From Salisapilia sapeloensis CBS 127946 (taxonomy: Eukaryota; Protista; Oomycota), in the NCBI GenBank assembly GCA_023334545.1, contig JAADVB010000132.1, positions 1 through 50,777 of the forward strand: DNA of 50,777 nt, in the 5' to 3' direction. Shown here one piece after another: positions 10,757 to 20,478 of the stretch. Under the pieces are notes generated by a model. The model searched no databases, was not told the DNA's origin, and saw only the letters and a list, made by a program, of their open reading frames with translations. The position numbers and the translations under genes are program-made. Position 1 is the first letter of the stretch; each line of letters opens with the position of its first letter.

Positions 10757-11911
10757 TTATGCCGCCAAAGCGAATCCGACGCGAGGATGACGTGTGTCTG
10801 TGCCCCAGTCAAAGACCGTATAATGCTTGCGCATGAAGACGTCGCCGAGGATCCACAACGGACCTGCAGGCGCAGGGATGTCAATACCCATGAAAGCAAA
10901 GAGACAGATAGGTCCGTTCTTAATGATGTACTCTTCCTTCCGCAGCGTATACGTCTTCCCGCCAAGCACGAACGAAATGTCCGGCGCATCGGCTTGGCAA
11001 CTGATAATGTACTCGCCCAAAATGAACTTGTGCGCACCTGCAAGTGCCGCCAGCTTCGCCACTTGGTCTTTCGGACCGGCAATGAGCGACGTGCCGGAGT
11101 CGATGATCGCCGTGTGCGTATCGCCGATCGTCTGGCCCTTGGCCTCGACCGCGTCCAAATGCACCGCCCAGTACGTCTTGCTCGTCACGTTCACGTACGT
11201 CAGCTCGCCCTTGTAGTGTTTCTTGTCCGTGCCGCCAAACATGAGCTCGCCGTCTTTGCTGTCGCCCAAGTAGAAGGCAAACACCGGCTCGTCCAACACG
11301 CCTTGCTCCACCATGTTGTGGAACGGCGTCGTCATGTGGTTGACGCTAATGGTATCAAACGCGAGGCCAAAGATGCCGTCGAACTTGCCCAAGTAGTAGG
11401 CCGGACCAAGACCCTTGGTCACGTTCACCTCGGCAAAGAACTGATCAGGCACGTGCAGCTCGCCCACATGCAGCAGGTCCTGCGAGACGTAGCCGGACAC
11501 AGGTCCGCTGCCGTACATGATGCTGAACTCCGTCCCGTTCGCCTTGTACGTCGACGACTTGCTGTGGTCGTACGTGTGGTGAGAACCGAATTTCTTGTTC
11601 GGCACCCACAGGTTACTCGATCCGGTGTCAAAAATCACGTCGAACGTCTGCGCAGGAGAGCCGAGCGTGACTTGGCCGTAGTACTGTGCGTTCTGGAAGT
11701 CTCGGATCACGACGCTCGAGTGGTCTTGGAGATCGGGTGAGACAACGTCGGGGTTCCACACCGACGGACTGTGGCGCTGGTGCACCGTGGATAGGAGAGA
11801 GGAGACGAACGTGTCGTCATCGATCTTGCGCATAGGGACGCGAAGGACGTCTCCAGCGACCGTGGAGACGGCTGCAATGCTTAGCGCCAGTAGCGTATGG
11901 ACGGAAGGCAT
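10757..11911 (-). CDS. Secreted pepsin/cathepsin D-like aspartic protease (A1), intronless
   Basis: Signal peptide MPSVHTLLALSIAAVS, propeptide, catalytic DTGSSNLW and DSGTSLI motifs, flap YGSG and WILGDVF. Confidence 0.95.
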   Translation of the reverse strand: MPSVHTLLALSIAAVSTVAGDVLRVPMRKIDDDTFVSSLLSTVHQRHSPSVWNPDVVSPDLQDHSSVVIRDFQNAQYYGQVTLGSPAQTFDVIFDTGSSNLWVPNKKFGSHHTYDHSKSSTYKANGTEFSIMYGSGPVSGYVSQDLLHVGELHVPDQFFAEVNVTKGLGPAYYLGKFDGIFGLAFDTISVNHMTTPFHNMVEQGVLDEPVFAFYLGDSKDGELMFGGTDKKHYKGELTYVNVTSKTYWAVHLDAVEAKGQTIGDTHTAIIDSGTSLIAGPKDQVAKLAALAGAHKFILGEYIISCQADAPDISFVLGGKTYTLRKEEYIIKNGPICLFAFMGIDIPAPAGPLWILGDVFMRKHYTVFDWGTDTRHPRVGFALAA

Positions 11912-12286
11912 GGCGAAGAGTAGGCTCCTCGTAGATCTTTTCCGAATGGAGAAAGCACCTGACGCAGCGGCACTGGAATCATGTGCCAAGTGTCCATAGA
12001 CTTGTGGGATGAACGGAGTACTAGTTCGATAAGAGGTCGGAGGAGGGGTATTAATAGAATACTTGTTGGTAGGATTGGTAGTTATAGATAGAGCTTATCT
12101 TTATGGAAAGAGTGTGGGTGGTAGGGAGAAGAGAGAAAGAGGGTTTGATTGGGATGAGATGGACGGATTGGACATGGAGGAAAGATGTCTCGTTTGTATG
12201 AACTTGAAGATAGGAAAGAGAAGCCGGATGGGTTTTTTACCTCTATACGCCATGCTTTCCGTAATGTCTTTTGTTATTTAATTACT

Positions 12287-12487
12287 CTACTTATACGGCA
12301 TACCGACTCGCAGACGTCGCTGTGCCAAACGAGACTCTTCTCTTGTTTCTTGCTTTGCTTCTTCCTCTTGTGGCAAGCCTGCCTTCTCTTCCTCCATCGA
12401 TACACCTTTCTTTCGCTGCAAATATTCGTCGTACTCTTCTCTAACGTTCGGTCGGTCTTGCACGCGAGAAGGAGGTCGGCGAAGCAT
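12287..12487 (-). CDS. CDC26: Probable anaphase-promoting complex subunit CDC26/APC12
   Basis: 66-aa ORF with a true ATG, starting MLRRPPSRVQDRPNVREEYDEYL. This resembles the conserved CDC26 N-terminus (MLRRKPTRLEL..DDIEEF) and is followed by a low-complexity acidic tail. Size is typical. Confidence 0.6.
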   Translation of the reverse strand: MLRRPPSRVQDRPNVREEYDEYLQRKKGVSMEEEKAGLPQEEEAKQETREESRLAQRRLRVGMPYK

Positions 12488-13137
12488 GATTAAAGCCGAG
12501 TACTAGTACCGAGTCACCAAATGGTGATTCGATGCGTCTTGATGGAGCTTGTTATGAAAGACATACTACAACTAAGTTAGAAAAACAACAAAAGTAGACA
12601 ACAAGTATTCAAATCGATGTCCAGCACTCCTCGGATGGATTTATAGGCATAGCATCCACTTGTTAGAATTATAGAGTTAATCAGACCGTTGGTTTTGAAA
12701 GAAGAATCAGTGGTATGGCTGTGTGCGTTAATAACAGCAGAAGACGTTGCTCTAGCTACTCGTTTTCGAGCATAGACACTCGTAGATGTTCAGATGAGGA
12801 GCAAAGATATTCCTAAAATATGGTCCATGCTTTGAAACCTTGATTGCAAGCGTTTCTACTGTTGTTAACAGTTGGTGATATCTTCATTAAAGCCGACAAG
12901 AGTTGCTTTTATAGTTCCATTTCGTTGCCTTTGCGCCTACCATCTTCGAATACTCGCTTCTCTTTGCTCTGTTTCTTCAGTTGAAAAGGTGCAAAAGGAT
13001 GCAAAGTCCAGCTATAAGTGCACAGACAAACTGAAAGAGACGTAGACACTAGAAAAATATCCTTTAAGCACATTAATAAAAGAAAATGGACCATTGGATA
13101 GTGGTCAGCCTCGTTTTCCCCGCTCGCATCCGTCAAC

Positions 13138-14142
13138 CTACGCCACTCCATCCGATCCTAGATTATCCTGAATCCAGTAATAGATAGACCCGACCCGAGT
13201 AAAAACCACGGGTTTGTGTCCGCATTGCGTCGAATCTGCTTTTGCCATAATCCCGACGACTTTCTCTTTGTAGATGAGTGGTGCACCGGTGTCACCAACA
13301 CATAACGAACTTCCAGGATTCGATTTCAATAACTTTATGCGAACTGGTTTCGTGCGAGCTTCAGCACAGACCATGGTAGATGTAATCTGAAAGCCGTAGG
13401 ATTTCTGGCATTTCTCTCTAGTTATCAACGACAGTTCCGCTTTCTTTAGTTCTTTAGAAGGTGTCATCCCGATTCGGATCCACGTAGCCATCGATTCATA
13501 CGGATCTACTTGACCCCACCCGTAGGCTGTAGCTTTAGGCCTCAATAAAAGCGCAAATCGATTTACGGTACGATACTTTTTATCAAAGTTCGCAAAGTGC
13601 CGATACGCTTCCGACACGCGACGCGCGAGCACGAGGATCATAATGTCATATTCTTCACCATCAAAGTCAATGGGTGGAGGTATGATCTCATGAACTTTGA
13701 TTTGCTCGCCACTATCACGACCTTTGTTCTCTGCTGATCCAATCGAAACGTAGATCGGATCATTATCCGACGGTTCTGGAGACGTATCTGACAATGGTCT
13801 TGATAGTTTCCCTAGCATGTCGTTGCTACGCATATTCCTGCAACTCGCCGCTGTGAGCACGCGTGCTTCAGATATCAGGACGCCTCCACAATAGTTTAAT
13901 CCGTCTATGCTTGCTCGCAAACCGACCATGTAGGGAACATCTTTGGTCATATTAGCACTTTTGCCATTATAGATGCGATTTTCTCCTTCCACCGGTACGT
14001 CTTGGTTGGTTTCATCCACCACACGAATATCATGGAAACCTTTTAAGTGTCTTATACTTGCTCCATGAGCCACAATAGTCAGATTGGGAATAAACGTCAG
14101 GATAGCTACTGATACGGCACGTAGTATAGTTGTGCTTTTCAT
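13138..14142 (-). CDS. Secreted catalytically inactive trypsin-like protein (glucanase inhibitor protein, GIP-like)
   Basis: Signal peptide, IYNG mature start, CGGVLI, TAASC (catalytic His to Ser), YDIMIL and GDTGAPL (catalytic Ser to Thr). Loss of the catalytic triad is the defining feature of oomycete GIPs. Confidence 0.85.
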   Translation of the reverse strand: MKSTTILRAVSVAILTFIPNLTIVAHGASIRHLKGFHDIRVVDETNQDVPVEGENRIYNGKSANMTKDVPYMVGLRASIDGLNYCGGVLISEARVLTAASCRNMRSNDMLGKLSRPLSDTSPEPSDNDPIYVSIGSAENKGRDSGEQIKVHEIIPPPIDFDGEEYDIMILVLARRVSEAYRHFANFDKKYRTVNRFALLLRPKATAYGWGQVDPYESMATWIRIGMTPSKELKKAELSLITREKCQKSYGFQITSTMVCAEARTKPVRIKLLKSNPGSSLCVGDTGAPLIYKEKVVGIMAKADSTQCGHKPVVFTRVGSIYYWIQDNLGSDGVA

Positions 14143-14147
14143 TTCTT

Positions 14148-14166
14148 AAATGAGTGTGAATGATGC
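14148..14166 (-). promoter_or_regulatory. Oomycete initiator (INR/FPR-like) element upstream of the GIP-like gene
   Basis: The minus strand reads gcatcattcacactcattt immediately 5' of the ATG, resembling the YCATTYY-type oomycete initiator. Confidence 0.35.
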
Positions 14167-15448
14167 TTGGCAAGTACTGAATTGATTTTGATACTGGTGT
14201 CTGCTGCTCACACGTATTATAGGTCTTGTGTACCTACATAGTAATCATGGAAATTCGAAAGCTTTTGCAATCTCTGGTTTCTTTGTATTTTCGGATGCCA
14301 TGATGTGAGGTTTCAAGTGAATATGGTCTTGTTCCTAATGACGCCATACGACAAAATGGCATTGACTGGTCTAAAGATCCATAGCACTGTCTACCTATAC
14401 TTGCTGTTATGATCAGCATGAATGCTGTCTACAAAATTCGTGTGTTCCAATTTTAAACTCACGTCGATATTACGTGGCTAGTGATGTAGAAATCAAGTTC
14501 AATCAGGTCACACCTGCATTTGCTACCAGCATAATTGAACCTATTTGTCCATCACGGTTCGAAATGTCGTCCACCGCAAGTTCGGTTTTGTAACTGCCAT
14601 CGATTACATCGATAGTCTATTTTAGATCACATCCACAATGCTCCTTGAGCTGTATCGCCAGGATCTACTTTAATTGTCGAATCGTGACGCTCTCTTCGAC
14701 AGTGCACTGCTTCGACAGTAGTAAGCTCCGGGTTGTAATAATCTGGATGAGGAAGAGCTCTGATTCGAAGCTACGATAGGAATGGATACAAGGAACCTAG
14801 TGTGTGGTAGCTGTCATGCCTTAAGAACTGCTACGCGCTGGAGCAACTAGGCTCGTCCGAAGAGGAAGAGGCTGTTGACAAACAAGGCTACAGAGGTAAA
14901 AGAAGGCTGGGACAGTCGTTAGAATAGCTTCATCATAAGTTTAGCTATACGTCTAGAGACAGAAGAATATCCTTATAGGGTGAACGCTTTCCTCAAGGTT
15001 TTAGTCACGGCGGTTCATCTAAACATTAGTTGAGGTTTCAATGTCAACTCTCACTCGCAGTGTTATAGAGACTTCTAGATACCGCCAAATCCTAAGTTTC
15101 CATTGTCCATTTCGTGCCAACTACGAATGGGCATGAGCTATCATTTGTACTTGCAGCTAGGAGGAAGTACTTCCCCAGCTTTGATAAGAAAACGATGTTC
15201 TGTTGCTCAGCAAGTCACTACGCGCACAATGTTGGGCCTTTGTCAGTTGCAATTGTTAAAGAAAGATAAGGATTACACAATAGATGATATGACACAGCAG
15301 TACTCCAACATGGAACTAGCATGGGAACAAAACAAAGTGTTTATTTAATGTATTTAGTTGCAGTAAATAAATCCGAAAACAAAATGTGGAAACAAAATGA
15401 GATCAGGGACGAATGTAAGATCGATGGGTAGACGATTGACGCTATCGA

Positions 15449-15730
15449 TCACGGTCCAATTCGAGCAACTCGTGCCTGTAGTATTGCTGCGGCGCTTACA
15501 ATGGTTGCTATCGCCGACAATACAGATGGAGCGCGCTCCAGAAAAGCATGCATCTTGGCGCGTCTCGACTTTTGATGATTCGTATCTCTTTCGATGACAG
15601 CCGAGGCTTGGTGAGTGAAGCCTTCCTCAAAGAAAGAAAATTCTTCATAAGCCAAGTAGAGCTGAGTTTCACTTAGCTCGGCTTGATGGAAACCTTCTTT
15701 TCTCGTATCTGTTTCTGAGGGACTGAAATC
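15449..15730 (-). pseudogene. Partial paralog of the orphan gene at 16561-17463 (3' portion only)
   Basis: The C-terminus ASAVIERDTNHQKSRRAKMHAFLERAPSVLSAIATIVSAAAIL aligns with ASAIVQGDANCQQRKRDKVMSLMKGIGTVLTAAGAIVSLIQML. The upstream exons of the paralog are not found; a dispersed repeat sits there instead. Confidence 0.55.
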
Positions 15731-15734
15731 TACA

Positions 15735-16095
15735 GTGCGAGTCGTGGATATCAACCAATTCTTCCTTCTACCACTGTACGATACCTGTTTCGAAATAATA
15801 ACGAAGCGCTCACTAGCGCAAGTAGAGCGAAAAACTCATCAAGTCGAGCGACTGTTTCGCGCGCTTTTTTAAATGTGCACATTTCGAGACCCAGGCATGC
15901 CTTGAAGTCTTCACGGAGATGATTTTCTTCTAATTCCATACAAGAAGAACGATCGGTTGCTTTTGTACTCCTAAATTGGCAGGAAATTTATACTGAAGTG
16001 ATCTGTTAAGTTTCCAATGGCAAGAGACAAACCACAATCGTATATTCTCAACGAATGAAGAGTTGTCCGATTCAGTTACCATTGATAAAATTACA
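15735..16095 (-). repeat. Dispersed repeat, copy 1 (inverted homolog of 46085-46435)
   Basis: For example, gaagacttcaaggcatgcctgggtctcgaaatgtgcacatttaaaaaagcgcgcgaaacagtcgctcgacttg (minus strand here) vs gaagactttaaggcacgcctggtcctcgaaatgtgcaaattgaaaaagcgcgcgaagcagtcgctcgacttg (plus strand, ~46270-46345). Similarity continues for about 350 bp. Confidence 0.85.
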
Positions 16096-16560
16096 AGAGG
16101 CTCATCCCTGATTATGTCGATTCAGTAATCAGCGCGAATACGGCCTTAGGAATTCGACAAGCTTTCTATGTCGATTCTCACCCGTACTGTTGGAAGGATC
16201 TCTAAATATCACACCAATCCTAGGTGCCTACTGTCCCATTTCCAGCGAGCTTTAATTTGTATTTGCATTCAGGAGGAAGTACGCCCCCAGCTGTGTTAGC
16301 AGAGCAATGTCCTTTTGCTTGTCAAGTTCCTATACGTGCAATGCTGAGACTTCGCTGCAATTAGCTAAGAAGGATGAGGACTGTAGATGAATGGCGATAC
16401 CTTACAGCAGAACCCAACGCAGAACCAGCGCTGGTATAAAATAGAAAAATGCATTTGTTGCACTTGTGTGCATGTGAAACTTGTGATGACAAAATGCAGT
16501 AGAGAAAGCAAGGTCTATCGACAGACTAGTCATGCTGTCACCATGCCAGAGTCAAGCAGC

Positions 16561-17463
16561 TCATTCCAGCATTTGAATGAGGCTTACGATCGCGCCCGCG
16601 GCTGTCAGCACAGTTCCAATGCCTTTCATCAAACTCATGACCTTGTCGCGCTTCCGTTGTTGACAATTGGCATCTCCTTGGACGATCGCCGATGCTGGTT
16701 CAAAGGCAACTTGTTCGGTGGAAGGCATTTCTTGATAAGCGGATTGATACACCGTTTCAACCGATTCCTGTTGAACGAAGCCTTCCGCGGTGGAAGGATG
16801 TTCTTCATCAGCGAATTGATACTCAGTTTCATCTGGTACCATTTCAGGTAAGCCGTCCTCGCGGCTGCAGATCCTTTGGCGAATGGAGGCTTCCTCACTG
16901 TCAATCGCTTCAGTCTTGGCATCGTCGTCGCTCGGTCGAAAGTAAATAATTCGTAACATGACTTTAAAATGGTCCTTACAAGTCATCTTACGAGGCACCA
17001 TGGAGAAGCGGAGGGCGGAAGAGGACTGTGTAAATGTTGTCGTCTTCATCACAAAAGTCAAGGAGGAAGCAGTTTCCGCCACAACTTCAAAAGATGCATG
17101 TAGCGCAGGTGTTATCAGGTGGTTCTACAAAACGACGGATTAGGCGGCCGGTAACCTTCATAGTCGATAAACGAACCTACCTTCACAGTCGCGACAGATG
17201 TCTCAACATCTAGAGGGGTGTCAGTATGAGGGTCTTGCTGGACGTTACGTGCGTTTACGATGCAAAACCTGTGGCAACGTAAGTGGCAAGAAATAGAGTA
17301 GGCGAATGCACCGGTACCATTTCTTCTTGTTCTCCGAGAGCAAGCACAGTGTGGTTTCGTATCCGCTGGATTGCAGATGAACGATGCAGCGTTGTCCGCT
17401 CGGCTCCAATGCGATGCAGACTTTTACTTTAATGGAGCTCTTATTAGTGAATGTTCCCACCAT
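16561..17463 (-). CDS. Orphan 3-exon gene (~265 aa) with a C-terminal hydrophobic segment; exons 17463-17318, 17268-17181, 17124-16561
   Basis: Two canonical GT-AG introns (49 and 56 nt, typical for this genome) join ORFs 17245-17463 and 16561-17082 into one open frame. An INR-like element lies 21 nt upstream. No family recognised. Confidence 0.7.
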
Positions 17464-17483
17464 GTCGCTTGAGTAGTTAAAGG

Positions 17484-17500
17484 AAGATGGGGAAGTGAGG
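17484..17500 (-). promoter_or_regulatory. INR/FPR-like core promoter element
   Basis: The minus strand reads cctcacttccccatctt just upstream of the ATG at 17463. Confidence 0.4.
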
Positions 17501-17719
17501 TGTTAGCTGAGAATTGTAGACTGGGAATACAGTCCGACATAGCTCGTTGTCCTCTCCGTGCACTACGAGCGCGTAGGCGGAATATTAGCTGCTTTTAGAT
17601 TGTATCGTGTTATTGGTTGTTTTAATGCAAGCGGATGTTTATATATCTGCGCCAATATAGGGTAGGCGTGTAAAAACTAGCTGTTAATATACTTCCGCCT
17701 TTGCCACAACAAAATATTT

Positions 17720-17825
17720 GCGCGCGCACAATCCTCCATCTGTCCTCAATTCAAACGAAAGTGGGACCCGCGCGCTCAATCGTCCATCTGTCCTCAATTC
17801 AAACGAAAGTGGGACCCGCGCGCAC
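17720..17825. repeat. Tandem direct repeat, 48-nt period, two copies
   Basis: An identical 41-mer tccatctgtcctcaattcaaacgaaagtgggacccgcgcgc occurs at 17735 and 17783, with a gcgcgc motif also preceding the first copy. Confidence 0.95.
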
Positions 17826-18658
17826 GCACGCTTCAGCGAATTTTAGCTAATCAGTGCATTCGAACCGATCAAAATGGGATTTTAGTGGCAAATAATTGTT
17901 AATCTATTTTGATGTTCGTTGACCAATGATATATGACACACCTCAATAGGCTATAACAGTACTTACGACCGTGGGCAGCAAACCCTGAGCAATTTTTTGC
18001 TAAAAGTAACAAGACAGAGCAAAAGAAAAATAAAGACGCGCAAGAACATGAGTTCTTCGGGCTCAAGCAAAGCAGTAGTCACCAGAAACGCGCTTTTGCC
18101 GATTCGATTCGATTTGATATAGCGCTTGTGCTGCGCTCGGTCGAGTCCACGGATTTCTAAAGTTATCCAGCGTTTTCGCCTTCATCCACGCTAACTAGAC
18201 AGACAAATTTTGGAGAAAACTATTATCCTCATACTCGTCCATTTTATCTATCTAGTGTAGCTCCATCGATGTGTCTATACAAATCCAAGGTATTTACATC
18301 TTTACAGTTGTGTGTCTGCAAAAATCACTCGATAACATAGCATTATTTTCGTTTAATCCTTGTTTTCTAACCTTTCTCGTTTCATAATTCAAATATGTAC
18401 AATGATGGTTACGGCTTAACTTGAAGCAAATGCTTTTGATGAGCAAACTACTACGTTTTAAGTTTGCTGTCCACAACTGTCAGGCAATTTCATTTCTAGC
18501 TATGGTCTAGCTAAAATCGAAAAGCTTTTTGTCAATAAAGCAACATCACTTTCACTCCGCAGCAGACTATTGTCATGCCTTCACTATCTACTTTTACCTA
18601 GTACCGATAGCCACGACGAAAACGTTCGATATTATGACCGTGTAGAGCTACAGCATGG

Positions 18659-18742
18659 CCCAAATCAGCAATCCGCATGTTTTGGACGCACACGACTTCA
18701 CCCAAATCAGCAATCCGCATGTCTGGTCGCGCACAACTTGGT
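18659..18742. repeat. Tandem direct repeat, 42-nt period, two diverged copies
   Basis: cccaaatcagcaatccgcatgt occurs at 18659 and 18701 with partially conserved tails. Confidence 0.9.
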
Positions 18743-18983
18743 TCAACTCGGCGACGATCGCATGTAACTCCTTCATTTCGTCGAGTAAATCCTCAATATG
18801 AGCGCTTAAGACGCCAGCACTAGAGAGTTGAGCGTATTCAACTGGCACTGCGTAGGCTGGTGTTAGGCCATGACCAAAGTTTAGCTGGAAAACCAACTTT
18901 AGACTGACATCTCGAAATTGGAAAAAAATTATGGGAACCCTGGCATTCTTTCTCCACGTTCTGGAACGATTCCTAATGAGCAA
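18740..18983 (-). mobile_element. Possible decayed Ty3/Gypsy integrase C-terminal remnant
   Basis: WRKNARVPIIFFQFRDVSLKLVFQLNFGH...AHIEDLLDEMKELHAIVAE weakly resembles the integrase tail W..LP.+LFAYR....STGFSPFEL.FG followed by an amphipathic helix. No DDE core is visible. Confidence 0.25.
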
Positions 18984-20478
18984 GAAGTGTCAGTCATGAG
19001 GATTCGGGTCAAAAGTCAAGTCAAGGTACGATGATAAAGGCAGTGAGAGTGGTATGTGGAATCTGCATGCTGCATGGTCCGCACTCCTGAAGGGTATCTT
19101 CGTTCACGACACACTTCCTGCATTGCATTAAGCCCACTCACGATGTCGAGACCATCGCGAGCAGAGCTTACCACTGGTTTTTGGACGCTTTATCTTGCAG
19201 CTTGATGACAGTTTCGCGTTCATCGGCTGCGATGTGAAACTTGAACGGGTCAGTAGGCATGTGCTCGACCCTGTGTCCCCAGGACAAGTTCAAGAAACCT
19301 TCTACCTCTTTAAGCTGCGCTTGCGAGTGGTCGTTATTCATCTTCAAGTGTGTGTTAGGCTTCACCTCGGCGTGGGGAATAGATTAGTGCGCCTAGGACA
19401 TCGATCTGCAAGAGAAATCTAGGAAATGCTCGGCAGGATCATAATCTGTCATAGTCATGAGCTATCATGGTCGAACCTAATCATGACCCGAAACTTCTTC
19501 TAATGATCTATCTATAGCTGTCAATCCGTACAATTTCGTTGCTAACTGTATCATATCCATGCGAAGCTACGCAAAGAATTTAGATAAAGCATTGCTTTAG
19601 TTAGCCATCCAGCGAGTCTGCGAAGAGATCATGCATCATCGGGGAGCATATTGTAACCGTGGGCGAGATCCAGAAGATAAATTGATACTTCATTATGAAG
19701 TCACCAAGGAGCCGGGTGGAGGGACTAAGACGAAGTGGATTATAAGCAAAGTGAGTGAAATGCAAACGAAACATGAATTGCAAGCCGTCTCGTCAGTAAA
19801 GGTTAAACAGCCTGCCTAGATTCGCGAAATACGAACACGCTTCCTCTAAAAAGCTGTCGTAGAAGCCAAAAAATATTTCAGAGAGCAATCGGTAGCATTG
19901 CATCTTATCTACAGCTGCTTTTTTAAAAGAATAAACCTCGAGCCATGAACAACCGAGGGTCATTCAAGCATAATGGAGGGCGAGCGTGATTAAAGGCACT
20001 CCACTGGGCTCACAAAGAGATCGGAGAACGCAGTTTAGTAGTGGAAGCACTATTGAATGCGACACCTGTTTCGATTGTCATCAATAAAGGGCAACAGCCA
20101 CAGCATCAGGAGCTCTGGAATCAGCCAGCGGTCTCTTTCCAGTCACCAGACTCCGGAGGAATCGACCACGTACAAGACCACCTTCGGAATGGTTCAGCCC
20201 ATCTCCAGTGAGCTCCAATATAGGCGTAGATTAATCTTTAGTTAAAATACCTCTGCCTTTGCAACAACAAAAACATAACGTGCTCTGAATGCACGAATTG
20301 ATGTATTCTGCTGAATACAAATAAGCTACATTACCGGTAACCTAGTCAATTCGCCACATGTTTCTACGACTACGTTATGATTATATTTGTTCTAAAAGAC
20401 ATACTAAGAATAAGACTGACGAACACGTCAGTAAACATCAACTGACAAACTCGACGTCAGGAGCTCTGACTGCCTCTC

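Noticed and set aside
10787-11740. 317-aa plus-strand ORF
   Set aside because: Shadow of the aspartic protease on the opposite strand.
15751-15939. ORF MELEENHL... as the first exon of the 15449-15730 paralog
   Set aside because: The apparent 15730-15784 intron puts it out of frame with the downstream ORF, and the segment belongs to the dispersed repeat shared with 46 kb.
17720-17825. Possible CRISPR-like array
   Set aside because: Only two units, a spacer of ~7 nt, eukaryotic context and no cas genes.
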